From NCBI GenBank assembly GCA_035534695.1, contig DATLRN010000003.1:5218-69217 (forward strand): DNA of 64,000 nucleotides, written 5' to 3'. Positions 9,104-18,154 of this stretch are shown piece after piece (the first letter of the stretch is position 1; the number at the start of each line of letters is the position of its first letter). The position numbers and the translations under genes are program-made. Below the pieces are notes generated by a model that made no database searches, was not told the DNA's origin, and saw only the letters and a list, made by a program, of their open reading frames with translations. The stretch is from Candidatus Dormiibacterota bacterium (GTDB lineage Bacteria > Chloroflexota > Dormibacteria > Aeolococcales > Bog-877).

Positions 9104-9954
9104 GCGCTCTGGCAGTAGTGGAGCCCACCCACACAACCGGCGAGAGCGGACTCTCCCGCATTCTCTGGTTTCTCAAGGATGTGTTCGTCCTGAGCAGGCG
9201 CAGCTTGGTGCACGTGATTCGTGATCCAGCCCAGTTGGCGGACGTGACCATCCAGCCCATCATGTTCGTGGTTCTCTTCACGTTCGTCTTCGGCAGTGCG
9301 ATTCACCTCCCCGGCGGTGGCAATTACCACGAGTACGTGGTGGCTGGCATCTTCGGAATCACCATGGGGGGTGCGGCTCCCGGCGTGGCCGTCGGCCTCG
9401 CCAACGACATCCAGTCAGGCATCATCGACCGCTTCCGTTCCTTGCCGATGTCTCGTGGCGCGGTGCTGGCAGGCCGGCTGACCGCCGACCTGCTGACGGC
9501 TTGCTTGGGCTTGCTGGTGGTGGTGGCGGTCGGTCTCGCCGTTGGCTGGCGGGTACACACCGCACCCCAGGATGTCGCCGCCGGTTTCGCTCTGGCACTT
9601 CTCTTCAACTACGCCATGAGCTGGGCTGGGGCGGCCGCCGGTTTGTGGCTGCACAATCCCGAGTCAGCGCAGGCGATGGCGTTCGTCGTCTTCTTCCCCA
9701 TGATCTTTGTGTCCAACGCCTTTGTGGCGCTGCAGAACATGCCTGTCTGGCTGCGCGTGATCGCCGAGTGGAATCCTCTCAGCACCGTCACTGCCAGTTG
9801 TCGCGAGCTGTTTGGCAATCCCAACCCGGGCGCGTCGGTCCACGTCTGGCCCCTGCAGCACCCCGAGCTGGCGACCATCTTCTGGGCGATCGCCCTGATG
9901 CTGGTCTTCGTACCCATCTCCATTGGTCTTTACCGCCGGGAGAACCTCACCTGA
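9100..9954 (+). CDS. ABC-2 type transporter permease (DrrB-like)
   Basis: ATG 9100 overlaps the ATPase stop (ATGA). About 6 hydrophobic segments. The longer track ORF 8662..9954 is an in-frame read-back into the ATPase gene. Confidence 0.85.
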   Translation: MSALAVVEPTHTTGESGLSRILWFLKDVFVLSRRSLVHVIRDPAQLADVTIQPIMFVVLFTFVFGSAIHLPGGGNYHEYVVAGIFGITMGGAAPGVAVGLANDIQSGIIDRFRSLPMSRGAVLAGRLTADLLTACLGLLVVVAVGLAVGWRVHTAPQDVAAGFALALLFNYAMSWAGAAAGLWLHNPESAQAMAFVVFFPMIFVSNAFVALQNMPVWLRVIAEWNPLSTVTASCRELFGNPNPGASVHVWPLQHPELATIFWAIALMLVFVPISIGLYRRENLT

Positions 9955-10014
9955 TCCGGGCGGTGGCGCAGACGCAAGAGCCTACCTAGCTGGCGCCGGA
10001 TCGTTCGGGTCGGC

Positions 10015-10725
10015 CTAAAGGAGCATCTCGGCCAGCGCCGTCTTCTGCTGACCCTGGCGGTCAAAGTTCGAAGGCAGCAACCAATTCTCCAGGCGTGCCC
10101 GCCGGGCCGGCCATTCACTGTCAAGGATGGAAAACCAGGCGGTGTCGCGATTGCGACCCTTGACGATCATGTGCTGGCGGAAGACGCCCTCGAAAGTGAA
10201 TCCCAAACGCAGAGCCGCTCGCCGGGAGGCCGCGTTGAGCGCGTCGCACTTCCACTCGTAACGGCGGTACCCGAGCTCCTCGAAGACATAGCGGGCCAGC
10301 AAATACATTGCCTCGGTGGCCTCGCGAGTGCGCTGCAGAGCGGGAGTGTAGAGGATGTAACCCACCTCGATACATCGGTGCCGTGGCTCAATTCGCATGA
10401 GCGCGGCCCAGCCCAGGGGTCTCTTCGTTGCGTGGTTCACGATGGCGAAGAAGTGGTACGCATCCGCTTGGCAGAGGCGCGTCACTGTGGCCTGAAATTC
10501 GCCGGCAGCGGAGAACGGGCCATCGAACAGATACGCCCAAAGATCGTCGTTTGCCTTGTTCCCGAGGGATTCCCAGAGCGCCGGCGCGTGGTCCTCCGGA
10601 TCGAGGGGGAGCAGGTCCACGTCGCGGCCGGGCAGCTGCACTCGGCCCGGGAGGGCCGCCGGCGAGGGATCGACCCTGAGACCGACGGGGGCTCCCGAGT
10701 CGGCCGCAGGCTCCAGCACCGACAC
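10015..10725 (-). CDS. GNAT family N-acetyltransferase (RimJ/RimL-like)
   Basis: The pattern ..IEVGYILYTPALQRTREATEAMYLLARYVFEELGYRRYEWKCDALNAASRRAALRLGFTFEG.. matches the acetyl-CoA binding core of GNATs. GGAGGTG lies 8 nt before GTG 10725. Confidence 0.85.
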   Translation of the reverse strand: MSVLEPAADSGAPVGLRVDPSPAALPGRVQLPGRDVDLLPLDPEDHAPALWESLGNKANDDLWAYLFDGPFSAAGEFQATVTRLCQADAYHFFAIVNHATKRPLGWAALMRIEPRHRCIEVGYILYTPALQRTREATEAMYLLARYVFEELGYRRYEWKCDALNAASRRAALRLGFTFEGVFRQHMIVKGRNRDTAWFSILDSEWPARRARLENWLLPSNFDRQGQQKTALAEMLL

Positions 10726-10905
10726 CTCGAACGCACCTCCTCAGGTCCGGTGGGCCTGAGCGACAGAACTGGCCGGCCCTAGATTGGCCGGACTGGCGGG
10801 CCCCAGGGCGCGCTACCCGAGGGCCGCCCGTTTTGCCCGGGATCTCCCCCTCCCGGAGCGTCAGCCGCGAATCTTAGCAGCGAATAGTCGGCAACGGGAA
10901 GCTTT

Positions 10906-11517
10906 TTAGGGCTGAAGCCGGACGACCCGCCAACCGGCGTGTTGGCGGGAATAGAGGATTCGGTCGTGAAGACGGCCCTCTTGGTGCTGCCAGAACTCGT
11001 AGGTGGCGGGCTGCAGGCGGTACCCGCCCCACCAGGGCGGCCGGGCGATCGCCGCTCCACCCAGCTTCGCCTCCAGCTCGGTCACCCGTTCATCGAGTTT
11101 CTGGCGGTCAGTGATCGGGCGGCTCTGGGCCGAGACGACCGCCCCGATTTGGCTCATCCGGGGCCGACTTTCGAAGTACGCGTCCGACTCCTCGTCGGTC
11201 ACCTGTTCGACCTTGCCTTCGAGGCGCACCTGGCGACCTTGAGAAGGCCAGTGGAAGAGCAAAGCGGCCTTTGGATTAGCCAGTAGTTCGGCGCCCTTAC
11301 GGCTTTCGCGGTTGCTGTAGAAGACGAAGCCTCGCCGGTCCCAGCTCTTGACCAGGACCATGCGCACCGCCGGTTGAGCGGTGATGTCGGCGGTCGCCAG
11401 CGCGGCAGCTTCGGCAAGGACCAGTTCTGCCCGGGCGGCATCGAACCAGCCCTGAAACTGGACCAGGGGGTCAGGGTCTAGGCCGTTCTCCCGGAGGGGT
11501 GGGAAGCGCTCCGTCAC
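10906..11517 (-). CDS. pdxH: Pyridoxamine 5'-phosphate oxidase
   Basis: 203 aa. Contains RMVLVK..GFVFYSNRESRKGAEL..NPKAALLFHW..QVRLEG, and the C-terminal EFWQ..RLHDR pattern typical of PdxH. Confidence 0.9.
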   Translation of the reverse strand: MTERFPPLRENGLDPDPLVQFQGWFDAARAELVLAEAAALATADITAQPAVRMVLVKSWDRRGFVFYSNRESRKGAELLANPKAALLFHWPSQGRQVRLEGKVEQVTDEESDAYFESRPRMSQIGAVVSAQSRPITDRQKLDERVTELEAKLGGAAIARPPWWGGYRLQPATYEFWQHQEGRLHDRILYSRQHAGWRVVRLQP

Positions 11518-11539
11518 CGGTCGCCCGGCGCGGCTGCCA

Positions 11540-12592
11540 TCACGTGATATAGCCCTGGACTACCAGGAGTTCGGCGTTGAGGAGCGCCGCACCGGCGGCA
11601 CCGCGAATCGCGTTGTGCACAACCAGGGTGAATTTCCAGTCCATTACCGAGGACGGTCGGACCTGCCCCACGCTGACCGCCATACCCTTAGCGCGGTCGC
11701 GGTCCAACTGCGGTTGGGGACGATCGAGACCATCGGGTAACAGCAGCGGGCGAAGGGGGGCGCTGGGGAGCTGCAATCGCTGCGGTTCTGAGGTGAAGCC
11801 AGCCATGACTTGGCGTATCTGGTCAGCACTGGCCGCCGTCCGGAGCCGAACCGATACCGACTCAGTGTGGCCGTCTAGCACCGCCACGCGATTGCACTGG
11901 GCGCTGACGCGGAGGTCAGCGGGGACAAATCGATCCCCTTGAAGGCGACCAAGGATCTTCAATGATTCGCTCTCGATCTTTGCCTCCTCGTCGGCTATGA
12001 AGGGAATCACGTTGTCCACGATTGCCAGAGCCGCCACCCCGGCGATGCCGGCTCCCGAGAGCGCCTGCATGGTCACCACCGAAACCTCGGAGAGGCCAAA
12101 GGCATCCTGCAACGGCTTGAGCGCCAGGGCTAGGCCGATGACAGAGCAATTTGGGTTGGTGGCCAGGAGTCCGCTAGAGAACTGGCGCCGCGCGCGCTGC
12201 CCGGCGAGGATTGCGGTGTGCTCCCAGTTGACCTCCGGGATCAAGAGGGGTACATCGTCATCCAGGCGATGGTTACGGGCGTTGCTGATCACCGGTAAGC
12301 CGGCGCTGGCCAAGGAACTCTCTGCGTCTCCGGCCACCTGGCCGTCGAGGGCGGAGAACACGAGATCGCAATCGAGATGGCTCGACAGGTCTTTCACCAC
12401 CAGCTCCCCGGTCTGGCTGGGGATGCTGGTGGTCAGGCGCCAGGAGACCGTATCGCGGTAACGGCGGCCCGCCGAGCGCTCCGAGGCAACCAGTTCAGTG
12501 ACGCGAAACCAGGGGTGTCCGTCCAGGAGCTGGACCAGGCGCTGTCCCACCGCTCCGGTGGCTCCCAAAATGGCGACGCCGAAGCGCTTCAT
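11540..12592 (-). CDS. asd: Aspartate-semialdehyde dehydrogenase
   Basis: MKRFGVAILGATGAVGQ Rossmann start, active-site NCSVIGL, LDGHTESVSV. The start is placed at ATG 12592. The track ORF extends to 12655, but that extension is Arg-rich and atypical, and no strong SD precedes either start. Confidence 0.88.
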   Translation of the reverse strand: MKRFGVAILGATGAVGQRLVQLLDGHPWFRVTELVASERSAGRRYRDTVSWRLTTSIPSQTGELVVKDLSSHLDCDLVFSALDGQVAGDAESSLASAGLPVISNARNHRLDDDVPLLIPEVNWEHTAILAGQRARRQFSSGLLATNPNCSVIGLALALKPLQDAFGLSEVSVVTMQALSGAGIAGVAALAIVDNVIPFIADEEAKIESESLKILGRLQGDRFVPADLRVSAQCNRVAVLDGHTESVSVRLRTAASADQIRQVMAGFTSEPQRLQLPSAPLRPLLLPDGLDRPQPQLDRDRAKGMAVSVGQVRPSSVMDWKFTLVVHNAIRGAAGAALLNAELLVVQGYIT

Positions 12593-12873
12593 CGGCTGGT
12601 GAGTTTGCCAGCTTCGGGTGGCATCGCGCCGGGCCCGGTGCTCACCAGCTGGCACAGTGTCGGTAATGTTGTCTCATGGCGATGGCCACGACTGTAACCG
12701 GCTCGGCCTGGCTCCTCACTCCTGGGGGTCGAATGCGCCAGCCTGCCACCGGGGGCTTCCGAATTACCTACTAGCGCCTCTGGGTGCTAGCCCCCCGGTC
12801 GACCCCCAAGCCTGGTCCAGGCTCGGGAACAGCTCAGCCGAACGCCTTTCTGATATTTCAAGGGAGCCCATTC

Positions 12874-14115
12874 ATGTCCGAACTATTTCAATTGCGCTGT
12901 GAGCAATGCCTGCGCCAGGTTGGCAACGGCCCGTGGACGCTCTGCGAAGAGTGCTTCGCCCCTCTTGAGGTGGCTTATGACCTAGCCGCAATAAGGTCGG
13001 CGGTGAGCCGGGAATCGATCGAGCGGCGCCCGCAGGACATCTGGCGTTACCGCGAGTTCCTCCCCGTGCGGGAGGGGTTCCAGTCCGACCTCCCGGTCGG
13101 CTACACCCCACTACTGCGTGCCAGCAAGCTGGGCGAGGCACTCGGTAGTGGCGACCTCTGGCTCAAGGACGACGCCGCTTGTTTCCCCACCTTGTCCTTC
13201 AAGGACCGAGTGGTCGCGGTGGCGTTGGCCCAGGCCCGAGCATTTGGTCTGGAGGTGGTGGGCTGTGCCTCGACCGGAAACCTGGCCAACGCAGTCGCTG
13301 CCCAAGCGGCTCGCCTCGGCCTCGAGGCTTGGATCTTCATCCCCGCTGACCTAGAGGCGGTCAAGGTTCTCGGCACCGCGGTCTATGGAGCCCGGGTGGT
13401 TCGGGTGGAAGGAAACTATGACCAGGTCAACCGGCTCTGTGCCGAGATCGCCGAGACCCGACCCTGGGGCTTCGTCAACGTCAACCTGCGCCCCTACTAT
13501 GCCGAGGGCTCGCGGACTGTAGGCTTCGAGATCGCGGAGCAACTAGGCTGGCGGTTGCCGGACAACGTCGTCGTCCCCATGGCGGGCGGCGCCCAGATCA
13601 GCAAGATTGCCAAGGCCTTCTCCGAGTTGGTGGCGACCGGTCTGGTGGAGGAGCGTCCGGTGCGGATCTTTGGTGCCCAGGCGCTCGGTTGCTCTCCCAT
13701 CGCCAGCGCCGTGGCTGAGGGGGTTGCCCAGATCACGCCGCAGCGTCCCGACACCATCTGCAAATCCCTCTCAATCGGAAACCCCGCCGACGGTTACCGA
13801 GCCGTGGGCGTGATCAGGTCGAGCGGCGGCTGGGCTGCCTCAGCGAGCGACTTGGAGATCGTGGCAGGGATGCGTCTCCTCGCGGAGGAGGAGGGGGTGT
13901 TCGGAGAGACCGCGGCCGGGGTGACGGTGGCGGTGGCCGGTGAGCTGATCCAGACCGGGCGCATCAAGTCCTCGGAAACCACTGTGCTCTGCATCACCGG
14001 AAACGGCCTCAAGACCACCGATGCCCTGGTCGGCCACCTACCCGAGATCCCCATTCTGGCTCCCCGACTCAGTGCCTTCGAGGAGCAGTTGAGCCTGGTC
14101 GGAGCCGGCCGGTGA
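12874..14115 (+). CDS. Threonine synthase-like PLP enzyme (paralog 1, divergent/archaeal-like type with N-terminal Cys-rich ribbon)
   Basis: AGGGAG lies 8 nt before ATG 12874. N-terminal CEQC...CEEC, PLP-lysine motif TLSFKDR, CASTGN. The fold-type II PLP enzyme layout is collinear with ThrC. Confidence 0.8.
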   Translation: MSELFQLRCEQCLRQVGNGPWTLCEECFAPLEVAYDLAAIRSAVSRESIERRPQDIWRYREFLPVREGFQSDLPVGYTPLLRASKLGEALGSGDLWLKDDAACFPTLSFKDRVVAVALAQARAFGLEVVGCASTGNLANAVAAQAARLGLEAWIFIPADLEAVKVLGTAVYGARVVRVEGNYDQVNRLCAEIAETRPWGFVNVNLRPYYAEGSRTVGFEIAEQLGWRLPDNVVVPMAGGAQISKIAKAFSELVATGLVEERPVRIFGAQALGCSPIASAVAEGVAQITPQRPDTICKSLSIGNPADGYRAVGVIRSSGGWAASASDLEIVAGMRLLAEEEGVFGETAAGVTVAVAGELIQTGRIKSSETTVLCITGNGLKTTDALVGHLPEIPILAPRLSAFEEQLSLVGAGR

Positions 14116-14140
14116 CGGCTTTCACGGCGCTGGAGTCAGC

Positions 14141-15067
14141 GTGCTAGCGGTAACGGTTCCAGCCACCTCGGCAAACCTCGGCTGTGCCTTCGATTGCGCA
14201 GCCCTGGCGTTAGACCTGAGACTGGTGGCAGAGGCAACCACATCGCCTGCCCCAGGTCTGGAGATAGTCGCCTACGGCGAGGGTGCGGCAAGCCTCCCCA
14301 CCGACGGGTCAAACCTGGTCTTTCAGGCGATCGCGAGGCTTCTGCAATGGGCCCGACGCCCGTTGCCAGGCCTCCGGCTCCATCTTCGCAGCGAGATCCC
14401 GATCGGAGTCGGCCTGGGGTCCAGTGCGGCCGCCATCGTGGCCGGCCTGCTGCTGGGAGTTGAACTGGCGGGACAGCGGCCGGCCAACGGCACGTTGCTC
14501 TGGCTGGCCGCCGAGATGGATGGCCATCCCGACAACGTAGCCGCGGCGTATCTGGGCGGACTGGCAGTGGCGGCCGTGGACGCGAGCAAGACGTCGGTGA
14601 TGACCCGCCGGGCCGAAGTCCCGGCGGAACTCCGCTTCGTTGTGGCCGGGCCGGCAGACCCGCTGGCAACTGTGAGGTCCCGAGCAGTTCTGCCCCCCAC
14701 CTACAGCCGGGAGGACGCGGTGCACAACCTGCAGCGCACGGCACTTTTAGTCGCCTCCGTCTTCTCGGGCAAATTCGATTTCCAACCGGAGTTCTTTGAC
14801 GACAGGTGGCACCAGGCGCGGCGGGCCGCGCTCGTGCCCGGCGTCGCTGAGTGCCTGGCTATAGCCCATCCGGATCTGCTCGGTGTTTGCCTCAGCGGTT
14901 CCGGCTCGTCGGTCATGGCTATCACCCGAGACGGAGCCGCAGACGAGATCGCAGTTGGCTTGCGCCAGCTATTCCAAAGCCGAGGCGTGGCCGCTCGAAC
15001 TCTGATTTTGAGCGCCGACAACGTCGGTGCCAGGGTCACCTCGCCGCCAGAACCAGGGGTGCTGTGA
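14141..15067 (+). CDS. thrB: Homoserine kinase
   Basis: VPATSANLGCAFD start and GHMP-kinase motif GLGSSAAAIVAG. Confidence 0.9.
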   Translation: MLAVTVPATSANLGCAFDCAALALDLRLVAEATTSPAPGLEIVAYGEGAASLPTDGSNLVFQAIARLLQWARRPLPGLRLHLRSEIPIGVGLGSSAAAIVAGLLLGVELAGQRPANGTLLWLAAEMDGHPDNVAAAYLGGLAVAAVDASKTSVMTRRAEVPAELRFVVAGPADPLATVRSRAVLPPTYSREDAVHNLQRTALLVASVFSGKFDFQPEFFDDRWHQARRAALVPGVAECLAIAHPDLLGVCLSGSGSSVMAITRDGAADEIAVGLRQLFQSRGVAARTLILSADNVGARVTSPPEPGVL

Positions 15068-16449
15068 ACCCGTCGACCCGGGTGATGAAGTTTGGCGGCA
15101 CCTCAGTCGGAGACGCGCGCCTGATGGGGCTCACTGCCGACATCATCGTTCGGGAGGCGAGCCAGACTCGGCTGCTGATAGTCGTCTCCGCGATGCAGCG
15201 GGTGACTGAATCCTTACTCCTGGCGGCGAGCGCGGCAAGCCGCGGCGAGACCGATGCCTGGCGACTCATCGGTGGCGAGCTTGCCGATCGTCATCGCAAG
15301 GTCTGCGACGAACTGGTTCTGGCCTCGGAGCGAACCCAGATCCAGAGCCAGATCGATGCCGAGCTGGCCACCCTCGACGATCTGTGCTCCGGATTCACGC
15401 TGGTGCGGGAGTTGACTCCGCGCTCGCTCGACTCGCTCGCCTCGCTGGGCGAGGTGATATCCGCCACGCTCCTAGCGGCGTGCCTGCGGGCACGCGGTCG
15501 CAATGCGGTGGCCGTGGACGCAACCCGGCTGATCGTCACGGACGACGGCTTTGGCAATGCCTCACCCATCTTCGAGCCGACCCAGAAGAGGGTTCATGAA
15601 GTGCTCGATCCCATGTTGGCCGAGGGCGCCATTCCGGTGATCACAGGATTTCGCGGCGCCACTATTGATGGCGCCTGCACAACTCTCGGCCGAGATGGCT
15701 CCGACTACAGCGCCACCATCTTGGGTGCCGTCCTTCCCGCCGACGAGATCTGGATCTGGACCGATGTCGCGGGAGTGATGACCGCTGACCCCAAGCTGGT
15801 GCCGGAGGCTAGGGTGATCTCGGAGCTGTCATATCCGGAGGCGATCGAACTCTCCTTTTTTGGGGCCAAGGTCCTCCACCCCAAAGCGCTGGACCTGCCG
15901 TCAAGAGCGGACATACCGGTTCGGATCAAGGACACCTTCCATTCCGACCGCGCCGGAACCGAGATAGCTGGAGCCAGCCCCCGGGGGCCCGGCGTGCGAG
16001 CCATCGCATCCACCAAAGAGGCGGTCCTCTTCACTATCTCAGCCGATAGAGCTCAGCCGTTCGCTCAGCTGGCGACGCTGGTGTGGGGATGGCTCGACAG
16101 CGATCGCATCAGTACCTTGCTGATGGTTCAGTCATCCGCCGAGAACGTTCTCTGCTTCGCCGTCACGCGTTTGGACGCGGTCCGGGTGCGGCGTCGCTTG
16201 GAGCGCGATCATGGACCCTTGCTGGCCCGGGCCGAGGAGCTGGCCGGCATGGGCGTGGTAGTCGCGGTGGGTTCGGGGATGAAGGGAACTCCTGGCCTGG
16301 CGGCCCGAACCTTCGGAGCTGTCGCCGGACTGGGAATAAATGTCGCGGCCATCGCCCAGGGCTCTTCGGAACTCACCATCTCCCTGGTGGTGCGGTCGGA
16401 AGAGGTTGAGGCGGCGGTGCAGGCCTTGCACGCTGAGTTCGAGCTCTAA
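15064..16449 (+). CDS. lysC: Aspartate kinase (monofunctional, two C-terminal ACT domains)
   Basis: GTG 15064 overlaps the thrB stop (GTGA). KFGGTSV motif near the N-terminus. C-terminal ACT-like repeats. The track ORF from 14851 is an in-frame read-back into thrB. Confidence 0.9.
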   Translation: MNPSTRVMKFGGTSVGDARLMGLTADIIVREASQTRLLIVVSAMQRVTESLLLAASAASRGETDAWRLIGGELADRHRKVCDELVLASERTQIQSQIDAELATLDDLCSGFTLVRELTPRSLDSLASLGEVISATLLAACLRARGRNAVAVDATRLIVTDDGFGNASPIFEPTQKRVHEVLDPMLAEGAIPVITGFRGATIDGACTTLGRDGSDYSATILGAVLPADEIWIWTDVAGVMTADPKLVPEARVISELSYPEAIELSFFGAKVLHPKALDLPSRADIPVRIKDTFHSDRAGTEIAGASPRGPGVRAIASTKEAVLFTISADRAQPFAQLATLVWGWLDSDRISTLLMVQSSAENVLCFAVTRLDAVRVRRRLERDHGPLLARAEELAGMGVVVAVGSGMKGTPGLAARTFGAVAGLGINVAAIAQGSSELTISLVVRSEEVEAAVQALHAEFEL

Positions 16450-16458
16450 AGTCGGGGG

Positions 16459-17748
16459 GTGACTCGCTCCTTTCTTCGCTGCTCGAATCCCGCCTGTGCC
16501 ACAGAGGTCAGCGAGCCGGGCATAGCCTTCGGGTGCCCCGCCTGTGGCGGCTTGGTGGAGGTCGGCTACCAGATCGACGAGCCACATCCCGATCGATGGC
16601 CCGCCCTCTGGCGAGGGCGCCAGGGAAGCGGGTCGGTAGCTGATCGGAGCGGAGTGTGGCGCTTCCGGGAACTGCTCCCCTTTCTCGCCGATGACCAGGA
16701 ACCAATCTCGCTCGGCGAAGGCTCCACCCCCTTGGTGAGCGCTCCCGGGGCGGCCTCCTGGGCGGGTCTCGAGCACCTCCAGGTCAAGCACCAGGGAGTC
16801 AATCCGACCGGATCCTTCAAGGACCTGGGGATGACCGCCTGCATCAGCCATGCCGTGGCACAAGGGGCGGAGATGGTGGCCTGCGCCTCGACGGGGAATA
16901 CATCGGCCTCGATGGCGGCCTACGCCGCCCGGGCTGGTATCAGGGCCCTGCTGTTCATCCCCGGGGGAGCTATCTCCAGTGCCAAGTTGGCCCAGGCGAC
17001 CGACTTCGGAGCTCTGGTGGTGGAAGCGGGCAGCAACTTCGACCAATCGCTGAAAATACTCCGCCTGGCGGCCACCGCTCTGGGTTGCTACGTGGTCAAC
17101 TCGATCAACCCCTACCGGCTCGAGGGGCAGAAGACTCTGGTAGCCGAGCTGCTCGAGCAGCGGGGCTGGCTGGTCCCGGACTGCATCGTGGTGCCAGGAG
17201 GCAACCTGGGCAACGTCTCATCGATCGCCAAGGGTCTGGCGGAGCTCCTGGGATTTGGCTTGATCGGCAAGCTGCCCCGTCTGATCGTGGTGCAGGCGGA
17301 TGGGGCGGATCCATTCTTCCGCCTCTGGTCGTCGGGCAGCCTGGTCCTGGAGCCCGTCCTTGATCCCGAGACGCGGGCCACTGCCATCCGCATCGGCAAT
17401 CCGGCCAACTGGCCCAAGGCCCTGCGGGCGCTGCGCTGGACCGACGGCACCTGTGAGTCGGTCTCTGACGCGGAGATTGGAGCCGCCAAGGATGCCCTGT
17501 CCCGGGACGGGATCGGCTGCGAGCCGGCCTCGGCGACCACGGTCGCGGGCCTGCGGAAGCTTCGCGCCGCCGGCCAGATCGAGCCTGAAGCCGACGTCGT
17601 CGCAATCCTCACCGGCCATCAGCTGAAGGACGTCGACTACATCATTGAGCAGAGGACCGCGACGGAGAGGAGGCTGCACCTAGGCAAGGAGCCCGACCGG
17701 GAAACGGCCCCCGAGGTCATCGCCGCCTGGCTGGCCACCCTCAGCTAG
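16459..17748 (+). CDS. thrC: Threonine synthase (paralog 2, canonical type)
   Basis: NPTGSFKDLGMT PLP-lysine motif, CASTGNTSASMAAYAARAG, NSINPYRLEGQKT. An N-terminal CxxxC..CxxC ribbon is present. Confidence 0.9.
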   Translation: MTRSFLRCSNPACATEVSEPGIAFGCPACGGLVEVGYQIDEPHPDRWPALWRGRQGSGSVADRSGVWRFRELLPFLADDQEPISLGEGSTPLVSAPGAASWAGLEHLQVKHQGVNPTGSFKDLGMTACISHAVAQGAEMVACASTGNTSASMAAYAARAGIRALLFIPGGAISSAKLAQATDFGALVVEAGSNFDQSLKILRLAATALGCYVVNSINPYRLEGQKTLVAELLEQRGWLVPDCIVVPGGNLGNVSSIAKGLAELLGFGLIGKLPRLIVVQADGADPFFRLWSSGSLVLEPVLDPETRATAIRIGNPANWPKALRALRWTDGTCESVSDAEIGAAKDALSRDGIGCEPASATTVAGLRKLRAAGQIEPEADVVAILTGHQLKDVDYIIEQRTATERRLHLGKEPDRETAPEVIAAWLATLS

Positions 17749-17776
17749 CGGGGTGTGGCCTGAACCCCGAATTGCT

Positions 17777-18127
17777 CTAGCTGCCGCCGGTCTCCTGCAG
17801 GCTGGTGGCATCGGTCAGCGGGTAGTCGAAGCGGATGACGTCGAACGGGCGCTCTAGAACCCAGGCCAGGAAGCTCTGGTGCAGGGGGGCGATCACATAG
17901 GCCGCGTAGCTCTCCTGATCCGTGAACTCGGTGAACAAGCCGAACTGATAGCCGTCCGCTCGGTCCAGGATGTCTCGACCGAAGCGCAGGCGGCGCAGCC
18001 CCGGCATCCCCACCCAACGGGAGATTTGGCGCCGCATCTCCTCTTCCACTTCCGGTCCGGGCTCCTCCCGAAGCCGAAACAGGACCAGATGCTGGATCGG
18101 GACAGGCGAATCGCCTGGTTGGCTCAC
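17777..18127 (-). CDS. Dabb (stress-responsive alpha/beta barrel) family protein
   Basis: 116 aa. IQHLVLFRL...FGLFTEFTDQESYAAYVIAPLHQSF matches the Dabb fold pattern. It lies 27 nt downstream of the GS-like gene. Confidence 0.75.
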   Translation of the reverse strand: MSQPGDSPVPIQHLVLFRLREEPGPEVEEEMRRQISRWVGMPGLRRLRFGRDILDRADGYQFGLFTEFTDQESYAAYVIAPLHQSFLAWVLERPFDVIRFDYPLTDATSLQETGGS

Positions 18128-18154
18128 CGCCGCTCCACCTGGGCAGTCGGCAGG

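Noticed and set aside
12676-12790. 31-codon ORF (MAMATTVTGSAWLLTPGG...) with a Thr-Thr-Val-Thr cluster and a following hairpin (CTAGCGCC-TCTG-GGTGCTAG) upstream of the thr cluster, as a possible thr attenuator
   Set aside because: Thr enrichment is modest, the hairpin has no U-tract, and no alternative pairing is obvious. This is insufficient to call an attenuator.
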